Origin: an uncultured Clostridia bacterium
GTDB taxonomy: Bacteria; Bacillota; Clostridia; TANB77; CAG-508
NCBI GenBank assembly: GCA_910589185.1
Contig: CAJUSU010000005.1
Location: forward strand, 11,592 to 75,591
Length of the DNA: 64,000 nt
Direction: 5' to 3'
Shown: positions 53,031-62,592 of the stretch, one piece after another
Layout: each line of letters starts with the position of its first letter
Numbering within the stretch: position 1 is the stretch's first letter
Position numbers and translations under genes: made by a program
The notes under the pieces: generated by a model
Database searches by the model: none
What the model saw: the letters and a program-made list of their open reading frames with translations, nothing else
Told to the model about the DNA's origin: nothing

Positions 53031-53184
53031 AGTTCCTCCTATTTCTATTTTCAAAATATATATAGCTTAAGCACATCAGCCGCTTGGCAAACTAATCTAT
53101 ATTTGAAACAACACAATTTTAGCACAAAATGCAAGAAAATACAACCAAAAATGCTATAGCTACTGTCTAAAATAAAGGCAGCAA

Positions 53185-53415
53185 TTATAGCATTTTGTTT
53201 AAAGTAGTTGTAGCTTTACTCGTATCAGATAGCTTTGCTAAATAATCTAAAGAAACATGGTAATATTTCGCAAAGACAATGGCTGTGTCTAAAGGTATCA
53301 TTCTTTCATCATTTTCATAACGGATATAAGAATTCTTTGAGATATGAGCTATTTTAGCACACTGGACTTGTGTTAAATCATGGTCTTCTCTTAATTCGCG
53401 TAATCTTGTATTCAA
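53185..53415 (-). CDS. XRE-family HTH transcriptional regulator
   Basis: (M)NTRLRELREDHDLTQVQCAKIAHISKNSYIRYENDER is a Cro/C1-type HTH. The TTG start at 53415 has an AGGTGA RBS. The alternative start is 53424. Confidence 0.8.
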   Translation of the reverse strand: MNTRLRELREDHDLTQVQCAKIAHISKNSYIRYENDERMIPLDTAIVFAKYYHVSLDYLAKLSDTSKATTTLNKML

Positions 53416-53448
53416 TAATATCACCTACCAAAAATATTATATAAAAGT

Positions 53449-53519
53449 TATCCATATGGGGTTGACAAAAGACTCTATATGGGGTATTATCTACCTAAAC
53501 AGAGTAACCTATATGGAGT
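53449..53519. promoter_or_regulatory. Promoter with three copies of a CYATATGGRGT operator-like motif
   Basis: CCATATGGGGT (53452-53462, overlapping the -35 TTGACA at 53462-53467), CTATATGGGGT (53475-53485, in the 17-nt spacer, with the -10 TATTAT at 53485-53490) and CTATATGGAGT (53509-53519, downstream). Confidence 0.65.
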
Positions 53520-53541
53520 ACTTATATAAAAGGAGGATAAT

Positions 53542-54216
53542 ATGGAAGAAAAAAAGAAAAGTGGTTTTGCTACAGCAGGTCTAGTATTAGGAATTATTGC
53601 TATATGTTTTTCGTTTATTCCAGTAGTGAGTTATGTTTCATTTGTTTTAGGAGCATTAGCAATTATATTTTCTATTGTTGCATTAGCGAAAAAAGCTAGC
53701 AAAGGAATGGCAATTGCTGGTTTAATTGTAGCAGTTATTGCTGTTTATATGGCATATTCTATGCATAAGGGATTAGAAACAGCAGTTAATGAAATCAGTA
53801 ATGCACTTGACACTAGTAAGTCAGAGACATTAGAGTACAATCAAGGAGATGCAGCAACATTAGGAGATGGAGTAATTAAAGTTACAAAAGTTGAAAAATC
53901 TCAAGGAAATGATTGGGATAAGCCAAAGTCAGGAAAGGAATTTGTAATCATTACAGTTTCTATTGAAAATAAAGGAAAAAATAAATTAAGTTACAATCCT
54001 TATGATTTTAAATTACAAAACTCTCAAGGACAACAAGAAAGTATAACATTTACAACTATTAATAGTGATACTTCACTATCATCAGGAGAATTAGTTGCAG
54101 GTGGAAAAGTTTCAGGGACAATCGCTTTTGAAACAACCAAAGGTGATAAAGGTTTATCATTAATATATAGTGACAGCATTTTAAGTTCAAAAGAGCTAAA
54201 AATTAAATTAAAATAA
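53542..54216 (+). CDS. DUF4190 + DUF4352-like membrane protein
   Basis: N-terminal double TM helix (GFATAGLVLGIIAICFS...) and a C-terminal Ig-like DUF4352-type domain (KEFVIITVSIENKGKNKLSYNPYDFKLQNSQGQ). Confidence 0.7.
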   Translation: MEEKKKSGFATAGLVLGIIAICFSFIPVVSYVSFVLGALAIIFSIVALAKKASKGMAIAGLIVAVIAVYMAYSMHKGLETAVNEISNALDTSKSETLEYNQGDAATLGDGVIKVTKVEKSQGNDWDKPKSGKEFVIITVSIENKGKNKLSYNPYDFKLQNSQGQQESITFTTINSDTSLSSGELVAGGKVSGTIAFETTKGDKGLSLIYSDSILSSKELKIKLK

Positions 54217-54338
54217 TAAGAATGAAAACACTTACTGAAAGTAGGTGTTTTTATTTTGGAAGAAAACAATAGGTATTTGTTGATTTTTGATGCAATTTAT
54301 ACTATACTTTTTTTATAGATAGTGAGAGGAGATAGGTT

Positions 54339-54801
54339 ATGTTTTGTAATAATTGTGGGAAGGAAATTACAGAAGATGCAAAATTCTGCACATATTGTGG
54401 GCAAGCAAATTCAAAGTTAATAATACAGGAAAATAGAGAAGAAGATTTTATTCAAATAACCGAAAATTTTGCAATAAATGAGAAAAGACAAAAAGTAAAG
54501 ATAAATGGGCAATTAATTGACTTTTCAGAAATTACAGGTGCGAGAGTAATAGAAAATGTGGCAAATGTAGGGGGAAATATTACAACTCGGATTAGGGACA
54601 GGAAGACAATTGATTACTCAAGTGGATTTAGAAATAGAACTAGATCATTTTGATAATCCGTTTATTGGTATTTCATTTTTAAATGTGGGGATAATGATTG
54701 GGATAGATGTGAAAAGTGAAAAATATAAAAAGGCACATAGAGAAGCGCAAACTTGTTTAAGTATATTGAATAAAATCATTAGAGAGAATAAAAACAACTA
54801 G
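54339..54801 (+). CDS. Zinc-ribbon protein; needs a +1 frame change at in-frame CGG 54588-54590
   Basis: MFCNNCGKEITEDAKFCTYCG zinc ribbon. The zero frame stops at 54653, while the +1 frame (open from 54572) runs on to 54801 once C54588 is skipped (..NITT-GLGTGRQLITQVDLEIELDHFDNPF..). Length is 3n+1. Confidence 0.6.
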
Positions 54802-54839
54802 AAATAACTTTTTAGATATGATAATGGAGGGAGTTAATT

Positions 54840-55283
54840 ATGTTTTGTAATAATTGTGGAAAAGAAGTAAATGAAGATTCGGTATTTTGTAATTATTGTG
54901 GAAATCGTTTGAAAAGCATAGAAGTGGGACAAGAAAATATCAAACCAAGTTTGAAAGAAGAGATAAAAGCAGCATGGAAGAATGGTACAGAAAAAGCAGA
55001 GCAAGAGAGAATGGAAAAAAGACGAACGAAAGATTTAGAACAATTAAAGGTAATGAAGAGGGAACTACAAAACAATCTAAAACCAAAAGATGGAAAATAT
55101 CATGTTATATTGATAGAAAGTGAGGCAAAGTCTTCATTTGACAATCATATACAGGTATTCAAACTAGAAAATACATTAGAAATAATACAGAATCAAGGGT
55201 ACGAAATAATAGATATCAAAATAATAGGGATACAATATGCTGGTGGAACGACAGGTTCAGAAGCGATAGTTATATATAAGTAA
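54840..55283 (+). CDS. Zinc-ribbon protein (paralogous N-terminus)
   Basis: MFCNNCGKEVNEDSVFCNYCG. 147 aa. GGAGGG RBS. Confidence 0.65.
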   Translation: MFCNNCGKEVNEDSVFCNYCGNRLKSIEVGQENIKPSLKEEIKAAWKNGTEKAEQERMEKRRTKDLEQLKVMKRELQNNLKPKDGKYHVILIESEAKSSFDNHIQVFKLENTLEIIQNQGYEIIDIKIIGIQYAGGTTGSEAIVIYK

Positions 55284-55462
55284 AAAATAAGTAAAGCACT
55301 AGAAAAATCTAGTGTTTTTTATTATGGAAAAAATTGTTAATAATTCAAATAATAGTTAACCTATGTCATTGACAATTCTTTGCTTCTTTGATACAATGAA
55401 ACAAAGAATTGAAAAATATAATAGAAATATGAGAAAAAGTAAAGAAATCGGGGGTTCCAAAA

Positions 55463-55840
55463 ATGAAAAAAAGTGATATAAAGCCTAAAAGAATATCAGT
55501 TTCTGGCAAAAGGCAAATTACAATCCCTTTAGAATTTTGTAAGGCATTAAACATAGAAAATGAAGTTGAGTGTATTATGAAAGATAATTCAATTATTATT
55601 AGACCAATTGTTGATACAAGCCAAGATAATTTTGCCGACTTCATATTAGAAGACTTGATAAAGGAAGGATATAAAGGGCAAAAGCTATTAGAAGAATTTA
55701 AAAAAAGGAAAGCGGAAATAAGATATGCAATAGAAAATGTCAAAAATGAAACAAGTAAAGTAGCAGAAGATGAAGCACAATATTCCGTTATAGAAGAGGT
55801 TTTAAAAGAGGAGAAAATTAGTGCTAAGAAAAAAGAGTAG
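55463..55840 (+). CDS. AbrB/MazE/SpoVT-type antitoxin-like DNA-binding protein
   Basis: RISVSGKRQITIPLEFCKALNIENEVECIMKDNSIIIRPI swapped-hairpin motif. A TTGACA-17-TACAAT promoter lies at about 55369-55397. Confidence 0.65.
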   Translation: MKKSDIKPKRISVSGKRQITIPLEFCKALNIENEVECIMKDNSIIIRPIVDTSQDNFADFILEDLIKEGYKGQKLLEEFKKRKAEIRYAIENVKNETSKVAEDEAQYSVIEEVLKEEKISAKKKE

Positions 55841-56216
55841 AAGTTTTGTAATTATAGGAAAGCTAAATAAAAAAATTTTGGGGCAATTTTATATAAAGAA
55901 GTTTAGAGTTGTAATTACACATGAACGAAGTCAACATATTCAAAATAAACATAATTTAAAATTAGAAAACTTCAAGAAGATAATGAAAGAAGTAATTGAA
56001 CATCCAGATTATATATTAGAAGATAATAAGCATATTGATACAATTATCTTACTAAAAGATATAAATGATAAAAAATATAGATTGGTTATTAAGTTAAATG
56101 TGAGTAATGAAGAAGCTGAAAATTCTATTATCACTTTTATGAAATTAAATGATAGAAGTTATATACAAACTATTCAAAATCGAGGAAAAATACTTTATGG
56201 TTGTAGACAAAAATGA
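55821..56216 (+). CDS. Putative toxin, PBECR-like (Barnase/EndoU/ColicinE5-RelE-like) nuclease fold
   Basis: 131 aa with a GTG start overlapping the upstream gene by 20 nt. VITHERSQHIQNKH motif. The family call is from memory and tentative. Confidence 0.45.
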   Translation: MLRKKSRSFVIIGKLNKKILGQFYIKKFRVVITHERSQHIQNKHNLKLENFKKIMKEVIEHPDYILEDNKHIDTIILLKDINDKKYRLVIKLNVSNEEAENSIITFMKLNDRSYIQTIQNRGKILYGCRQK

Positions 56217-56378
56217 ATAAATAGTGTATAATAAGAATACAATAAGAAAGATTATTTGAGGTGGACAAAAGTGCCATCCACACACCTGAAAAAGAGGTTA
56301 GAAGAGATGCAAGATATGGCACACTTGCCAAATAATCAAGACGAAGGGGGAATTCTTACGAATTCCCCTTAATATTTT

Positions 56379-57377
56379 TTATAGTAACTTCTCTAAAATT
56401 TGTACTGCATTACTAGCAGCACCCTTTCTTAAATTATCAGCCACTACCCACAGATTTACCCCAGAATTTACACTGAAATCTCTACGAATTCTACCAACAA
56501 AAACTTCGTCTTTATCATTACTATCCAAAGTAGTAGGATACATTTCATTATAACTATCATCTTTTACAACAATTCCAGGGGCTTTTTGCAATACTTCTTT
56601 TAATTCAGACAGTTCAAAATCTTTTTCAAATTCCACATTGATTGATTCACTATGACTATTTAAAACTGGTACTCTTACTGTAGTTGCAGTAATTGCTAAA
56701 TCAGGTTTCTTTAAAATTTTTCTAGTTTCATTGATCATTTTTTCTTCTTCTTTGGTATAACCATTTTCCAAGAAAATATCAATATGCGGTAAGCAATTAT
56801 TAAAGATAGGGGAAGGGAACTTAGCAAGGTTGTAACTTGTAGAAGGGTAATGTGTAATTCCATTTTGGAAGTCTAAAACTCCCTTGTAACCTGCACCTGA
56901 AACTGCTTGATAAGTGCTATAAACAATTCTTTTGATATGATACTTAGTATCTAAAGGTTTTAATGCTACAACTGCCTGAATAGTGGAACAATTAGGGTTA
57001 GCAATTATTCCTTGATGATTTGAAATTTCCCCTGGATTTACTTCTGGAACAACCAAAGGAACATCACCATCCATACGAAATGCGCTACTATTATCAATTA
57101 CAATACAGCCTTTAGCAGCTGCAATAGGAGCATATTTTTTAGCAACTTCACCACCAGCAGAAAAAATGGCATAGGTAAATCCTTCATCAAAAGAGTTAGT
57201 AGTTAGTTCTTGAACTGTATATTCCTTTTCTAAAAAATGAATTTTTTTACCAGCTGACCTACTAGAAGCAAAGAAAGCATATTCCTCAATTGGTAACTTT
57301 TTTTCTTCTAAAACTTTTAAAATGGTTTGACCAACAAGCCCAGTAGCCCCTACAATAGCTAATTTATTTTTATTCAT
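56379..57377 (-). CDS. asd: Aspartate-semialdehyde dehydrogenase
   Basis: IVGATGLVGQ NAD(P) motif and active-site Cys in IIANPNCSTI. I prefer the start at MNKNKLAIVG. Confidence 0.93.
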   Translation of the reverse strand: MNKNKLAIVGATGLVGQTILKVLEEKKLPIEEYAFFASSRSAGKKIHFLEKEYTVQELTTNSFDEGFTYAIFSAGGEVAKKYAPIAAAKGCIVIDNSSAFRMDGDVPLVVPEVNPGEISNHQGIIANPNCSTIQAVVALKPLDTKYHIKRIVYSTYQAVSGAGYKGVLDFQNGITHYPSTSYNLAKFPSPIFNNCLPHIDIFLENGYTKEEEKMINETRKILKKPDLAITATTVRVPVLNSHSESINVEFEKDFELSELKEVLQKAPGIVVKDDSYNEMYPTTLDSNDKDEVFVGRIRRDFSVNSGVNLWVVADNLRKGAASNAVQILEKLL

Positions 57378-57524
57378 GATTATTTCACACCTTTCCAATT
57401 TTATTATATGAAAACAAAATTTGTCCTTATTACATAGAATCTGCCTTTTTTGTTGTAAAAGCCCTTGCGTCTTTTGAAAAAATTGCTATATAATAGAAAA
57501 AAATGTTTTATAAAGGGAAAAAAG

Positions 57525-59594
57525 ATGATAGATTTAAGCCAAAATGTACAATTTGTAAAAGGAGTAGGACCTAATAGAGCAGCATTGTTAAATAGCCTAG
57601 GGATTTACACGTTAGGGGATTTAATTACGTATTTCCCACGTGAATATGAGGACAGAAGCAAAGTAAAAAAAATAGCAGAATTAACGCCAGGAGAAGAAGT
57701 GACGATTGAGGCAACTGTGACATCAGAAGTTATTTTGAAAAAGATCCGTAAAAATATGACATTATTAAAAGCAACAGTAGAGGACAATACAGGAATGTGT
57801 ACTCTTACATGGTTTAATCAAACATATGTAAAACAACAAATTAAAAGAGGGCAAACATATCGCTTTTTCGGAAAAGTGGAAAAAAACTTAACACAAACAG
57901 AAATGAGAAGTCCTATTTATGATGAAATAGGACAACAAAAAAATACAGGGAAAATCATGCCAATTTATCCATCTACTTATAAATTATCACAAACGGCTAT
58001 CAGACAAGCGGTAGAAAATAGTTTGAAAATGGTAGGAAGTAAAATAGAAGAAACTTTGCCAGATTATTTATTATCAGAATATAACTTAGAAGGATTAGAA
58101 ACAAGTTTGCAAAAAATACATTTTCCTAATTCAGATGGGGAGCGTTTGCAAGCACGCAAAAGGCTAGTATTTGAGGAATTATTAAGTATGCAATTAGCTT
58201 TGCTAGAATTAAAAGAACAAACAAAAGTAGAAGAGGGAATTTGCTATAGCAAAGATGTAAAAATGTCTGATGTGATTAATCAATTACCTTTCAAATTGAC
58301 GAAAGCTCAGCTAAGAGTATTAGAAGAAATTGATCAAGATATGGAATCTAAAAAGGCTATGAACCGTTTGTTACAAGGAGATGTGGGTTCTGGAAAAACA
58401 GTAGTGGCTATGATTGCAGCATATAAGGCGGTGAAATCCGGTTATCAAGCAGCTGTTATGGCACCAACTGCAATTTTAGCAACACAGCATTTAGAAGAGT
58501 TTCAAAAAATTTTAGAGCCAATGGGAATTCGCTGTGCTTTATTATTAGGTGCAACCAAGAAGAAGGAAAGAGAAGAAATTTTAGAGGGCTTAGCGAATGG
58601 TACCATTCAGGTACTAATTGGAACACATGCTTTAATTACTGATAAAGTGATTTTTCACAAATTAGGATTAGTAGTTACAGATGAGCAACACCGTTTTGGT
58701 GTTCGACAAAGAGCAGCTATTTCTGCAAAAGGAGTAAATCCAGATGTGTTAGTTATGACTGCAACACCAATTCCAAGGACTTTGGCTTTAATCTTATATG
58801 GAGACCTAGACATTTCAATTATTGATGAACTTCCACCGAATAGAAAGAAGATAGAAACGTTTGCAGTTAGCAAAAGAATGGAAGAAAGAGTGAATAATTT
58901 CATTTGTAAAAATATTGATGAAGGAAGACAGATTTATGTTGTGTGTCCATTAGTAGAAGAAAAAGAAGACGAAGAAGTAGATGAACAAAAAGCAGACTTA
59001 AAAGCAGTAAAAGAATGGACAGAGAAGTATCAAAAGGAGATTTTTCCTAACTATCGAGTAGAGTGTGTGTATGGAAAGATGAAACCATCAGAAAAAGACA
59101 AAGTTATGGAACAATTTAAAAATGGAGAAATTGATATTTTAGTATCCACTACAGTAATTGAAGTTGGAGTAAATGTACCAAATGCAAGTGTTATGGTAAT
59201 AGAAAACTCAGAAAGATTTGGATTAGCGCAGCTTCATCAATTAAGAGGAAGAGTAGGTAGAGGAGAATATCAATCTTATTGCATTTTAAAATATGATAGT
59301 CATTGCTCGCAAGTAGGAAGAGAAAGAATGAAGACCATGCAAGAAACAAATGATGGATTTGTGATTGCAGAAAAAGACTTAGAACTTAGAGGAACAGGGG
59401 AATTTTTTGGAACCAAACAACATGGACTACCAGACTTCAAAATTGCTAATCTATTTGTGGATATGCCAATGCTAAAATCTGTTCAAAGTGTAGCATTAAA
59501 AATAGAAGCAGAAGATAAAGGATTAAAATTAGAGAAAAATAAAAGACTTCGTAAATTAGTGAATCATAGGTTAAAACAAAATGTAGCTTTATAG
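57525..59594 (+). CDS. recG: ATP-dependent DNA helicase RecG
   Basis: Wedge/OB N-domain, Walker A GDVGSGKT, DEQHRFGV, and QLHQLRGRVGRG. I prefer the start at MIDLSQNVQFVKGVGP. Confidence 0.94.
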   Translation: MIDLSQNVQFVKGVGPNRAALLNSLGIYTLGDLITYFPREYEDRSKVKKIAELTPGEEVTIEATVTSEVILKKIRKNMTLLKATVEDNTGMCTLTWFNQTYVKQQIKRGQTYRFFGKVEKNLTQTEMRSPIYDEIGQQKNTGKIMPIYPSTYKLSQTAIRQAVENSLKMVGSKIEETLPDYLLSEYNLEGLETSLQKIHFPNSDGERLQARKRLVFEELLSMQLALLELKEQTKVEEGICYSKDVKMSDVINQLPFKLTKAQLRVLEEIDQDMESKKAMNRLLQGDVGSGKTVVAMIAAYKAVKSGYQAAVMAPTAILATQHLEEFQKILEPMGIRCALLLGATKKKEREEILEGLANGTIQVLIGTHALITDKVIFHKLGLVVTDEQHRFGVRQRAAISAKGVNPDVLVMTATPIPRTLALILYGDLDISIIDELPPNRKKIETFAVSKRMEERVNNFICKNIDEGRQIYVVCPLVEEKEDEEVDEQKADLKAVKEWTEKYQKEIFPNYRVECVYGKMKPSEKDKVMEQFKNGEIDILVSTTVIEVGVNVPNASVMVIENSERFGLAQLHQLRGRVGRGEYQSYCILKYDSHCSQVGRERMKTMQETNDGFVIAEKDLELRGTGEFFGTKQHGLPDFKIANLFVDMPMLKSVQSVALKIEAEDKGLKLEKNKRLRKLVNHRLKQNVAL

Positions 59595-59665
59595 TTATGA
59601 ACTCTTGACATTTACATAAAAACACAATATGATATATAAGGACTAAAGCGAAAGGAGAAAAGCCT

Positions 59666-60538
59666 ATGGATACACAAATGTTAACAACTAATAAGGGTGG
59701 GGAATTGATTAGTTTTAAAATAAATGGCGAAGAGAAAATCCATCCAGGAGAAAGCTGCATAGATGAAAATGGCAAAATTTATTGGAAAAGACATTCACCA
59801 GTGCTATTTCCTATTGTAGGGAAATTAAAGAAAAATGCTACTTTAATAGGTGGAAGAACTTATGAATTACCACAGCATGGATTTGCTAGAGATTTAGAAT
59901 TTGAGCCAATTACCAAACTAGATAATTTCCATTCTTATGTGTTAAAAAGTAATAAATATACATTGGCGAAATATCCTTACGAATTTGAATTATATAATAC
60001 TTATCGAACTGAAGGAAATAAATTAACCACTATTTATAAAGTGGTAAATACTGGGCTAATCAATTTACCTTTTGGGATAGGCGGACATCCTGCTTTTAAG
60101 ATTGACCAAGAAGAGTTAAAAAAGGGACATTACTATTTAGAATTTGAACAAGAAGAAGAAAAAATTCACTTTTTGTATTTGATAGACGGATTGATTGGTA
60201 CAGAATATGCTAAAAATCCAATGGAAAATAAAAAGATTATTCCAATTGGACCACATACATTTGACAATGATGCACTAATTATGAAAGGAATTACTTCCAA
60301 TAAAATTAGTTTAAAAAAGAGAATTACAGAAGAGACTGTTTTAACGATGGATTTTGCAGATTTTCCATATTTAGCAATTTGGTCAAAGCCAAATGCACCA
60401 TTTATCTGCATTGAACCATGGTTTTCAACAGCAGATACAATAAAAGGTTCAGGAGTGTTTACACAAAAACGAGATCTTATCTCATTAAAACCAAATGATT
60501 CGTTTGAATGTAAGTATACAGTGACGTTCAGTTGCTAG
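59666..60538 (+). CDS. Aldose 1-epimerase (galactose mutarotase-like) family protein
   Basis: 290 aa with FPIVGKL...QHGFAR...GGHPAF...EPW, a pattern typical of the family. Confidence 0.75.
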   Translation: MDTQMLTTNKGGELISFKINGEEKIHPGESCIDENGKIYWKRHSPVLFPIVGKLKKNATLIGGRTYELPQHGFARDLEFEPITKLDNFHSYVLKSNKYTLAKYPYEFELYNTYRTEGNKLTTIYKVVNTGLINLPFGIGGHPAFKIDQEELKKGHYYLEFEQEEEKIHFLYLIDGLIGTEYAKNPMENKKIIPIGPHTFDNDALIMKGITSNKISLKKRITEETVLTMDFADFPYLAIWSKPNAPFICIEPWFSTADTIKGSGVFTQKRDLISLKPNDSFECKYTVTFSC

Positions 60539-60570
60539 TGTCAGTTAAACTAACGTCCCCTAACTGACAA
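60538..60570. repeat. Palindromic repeat family, copy F (single arm)
   Basis: GTGTCAGTTAAACTAACGTCCCCTAACTGACAA. Starts inside the TAG stop of the epimerase gene and ends just before the next RBS. Confidence 0.85.
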
Positions 60571-60583
60571 GAAGGAGCAAAAA

Positions 60584-60772
60584 ATGGGACAAATTATATT
60601 AAGAATAGTAGCAATCATTTTAGTGGCACTTGGAGTAGTTTGCATTTTTGATGCAAGAGTAATTACTAAAAAGGCCTTTAGTTTTGGTGACCAAAATGAA
60701 GGAAGTTTGGGACTAAAGATATTAGGTTTTATTATAGCAATGGTGGGAGCGTTGTGGTTCTATTTTGTGTAA
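60584..60772 (+). CDS. Small two-TM membrane protein
   Basis: 62 aa with a GAAGGAG RBS and two hydrophobic helices. Confidence 0.5.
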   Translation: MGQIILRIVAIILVALGVVCIFDARVITKKAFSFGDQNEGSLGLKILGFIIAMVGALWFYFV

Positions 60773-60952
60773 TATTAACGGGTGCTTTTTATGGTTAAAT
60801 TGAAAATATTATGTAAATGTGGTATAATATAAACTATGAATTTTTACAATGTAATTCCAAATTTAAAATTAAGGAGGGATGTTTTCTTTCATTAAAAAGA
60901 CACAAGTAAGAAATGGTAACATAATGTTAAATAGGAAAGACAGGAGGAAAAA

Positions 60953-62365
60953 ATGCCAAAAACGTATTGTATTATTGAATCAGAGTCACATTGTGGAGCA
61001 CATTATGAGTGTTGGCAAAAGATCACAAAGCGGCTTGATGCAGAAGGCTGGAGAAAAACAAACAAGGTCAGGTCGAGTGGTATCATTCTTGTAAAACAAT
61101 GCTGCATGACAACGGATGAACTGAATGAAGCAATGGATTCCCTAGTTCGACTCTCTAAACAGAAAGTTCAAGGAAGAGTATTCTTAGGAGAGTGTTTAAG
61201 CAGAACCAAGGAATTGGTAGAAGTAGCAAAAAAGAAGCTGACGAATTTGAAGATTTTTCAGTTTACAACTCCAGAAGAATTTTTTAATCAGTTAGATGAA
61301 ACGTTTGGAGAAACAAGCATTACTCCTACCATATTGCAAGACGGTAGTGCCATCGTTAATATTTCATATGGTTGCAACCGAAAATGTACATTTTGCAAAG
61401 TGGCATACATGGATTACAAATTGCAAAGTGTACCTATGAGCGAAATCATAGAAATAGTAGAATTGGCACGACAGCAAGGTGTAAAAAGAGTTGTGCTAAA
61501 TGCAATGAATTCAACAGAGTATAACGATCAAGGAAAACGGTTACCTGATTTATTAAGAGCTCTTTTGGAAATTCCTGATATGTTATATCAACTGAATGGA
61601 ATTGTGATGGTTGAATTAACGGATGAGACTATTGAGTTGCTCCGAAATTCAAGGTTTATTTTTCTTCAAATGGAACTGCAATCCTTTATACCCGCGGTAA
61701 GAGAAAAAATGGGGGTTGGCGAAATGAGCAAGGAGAAGATCTTGTCAATTTTTAAGCGATTGCAGGGAAAAATGATTGCATCTAATGTGATGACAGGATA
61801 CTGTAGGGAAAATGATGTTAACTTCCGCGAGCAACTTGAAATTATTGAGCAGAATAATTTGCATTTTTTGAGCGTAAACTTTTTAGTCCCAACACCAGGG
61901 ACAAAAGCAGCGAGTCTGCGTAATCCAAGCGCAGAAAAGGCAAAAGAGAGACTACTCACATTAACAGAGGTTTTGCTTAAATTGCGATTGGATCTTGCAA
62001 AGGAAATGATTGGAAAAGAGCAAACTGGCATCATTTATGCGACATACAAATGTGGAGAAACATTGGTACTTTGTGACAAGGGAGTTTTTATTAGCATAGA
62101 AGGTAACAACTTTGAAGTTGGAGCGAGAATAACTGTGACGCCTAGAAGCATTAAGGGACTATTTATTGGAGAACAACAAAACTTTATTTTGTCAGAACAG
62201 GAACAACAAGAAAAGGAATTTGGAGAAGAACAAGCAATTAAAATGATGATTTCAATAAGTAAGATGCGAATGGAAAATGAAGAAACTTGTGGTGGATTTA
62301 ACATGATGGATATGTCACTGGAGAAATATTGCGAAGGATATATTACGAAAGGGTTGAGAAAATGA
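60953..62365 (+). CDS. Divergent MiaB/RimO-like radical SAM protein (MTTase-like architecture), compositionally atypical
   Basis: AGGAGG RBS and a TTGAAA-17-(TGg)TATAAT promoter at 60800-60828. CxxxCxxC motif (GCNRKCTFC). The flavodoxin-like N-domain lacks the full Cys triad, and the C-terminus is TRAM-like. GC content is clearly above the host. Two in-frame CGG codons (61031, 61538). Confidence 0.7.
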   Translation: MPKTYCIIESESHCGAHYECWQKITKRLDAEGWRKTNKVRSSGIILVKQCCMTTDELNEAMDSLVRLSKQKVQGRVFLGECLSRTKELVEVAKKKLTNLKIFQFTTPEEFFNQLDETFGETSITPTILQDGSAIVNISYGCNRKCTFCKVAYMDYKLQSVPMSEIIEIVELARQQGVKRVVLNAMNSTEYNDQGKRLPDLLRALLEIPDMLYQLNGIVMVELTDETIELLRNSRFIFLQMELQSFIPAVREKMGVGEMSKEKILSIFKRLQGKMIASNVMTGYCRENDVNFREQLEIIEQNNLHFLSVNFLVPTPGTKAASLRNPSAEKAKERLLTLTEVLLKLRLDLAKEMIGKEQTGIIYATYKCGETLVLCDKGVFISIEGNNFEVGARITVTPRSIKGLFIGEQQNFILSEQEQQEKEFGEEQAIKMMISISKMRMENEETCGGFNMMDMSLEKYCEGYITKGLRK

Positions 62366-62396
62366 AAGAAGGCTGAATAGGAAATTCCTGTACAGT

Positions 62397-62437
62397 AAAA
62401 GGGAGGCAGAGTTTGAAAACTCTGCTTTCCCTTTTAT
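62397..62437 (+). terminator. Intrinsic terminator
   Basis: AAAAGGGAGGCAGAGT / ACTCTGCTTTCCCTTTT. Confidence 0.8.
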
Positions 62438-62592
62438 ATAAGTACAATGTTTGGTAGAGTTTATGAGTTGTTGATAAGATAAAATATCAATAAAAAACAT
62501 AAAAAGTTGACATAATTTCAAGGACGTGATATAATAATACCCGAGCATTGCAATATGTTTGGCTCAAAAATACAACGAAAGGGAATGACAAC

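Noticed and set aside
60879-61094. 71-aa ORF overlapping the start of the radical SAM gene
   Set aside because: Its ATG sits only about 1 nt after the AAGGAGG, which is too close, while the 60953 ATG has ideal AGGAGG spacing. Its translation is Arg/Lys-rich off-frame-like sequence. It is noted only as the frame that a +1 shift at CGG 61031 would enter.
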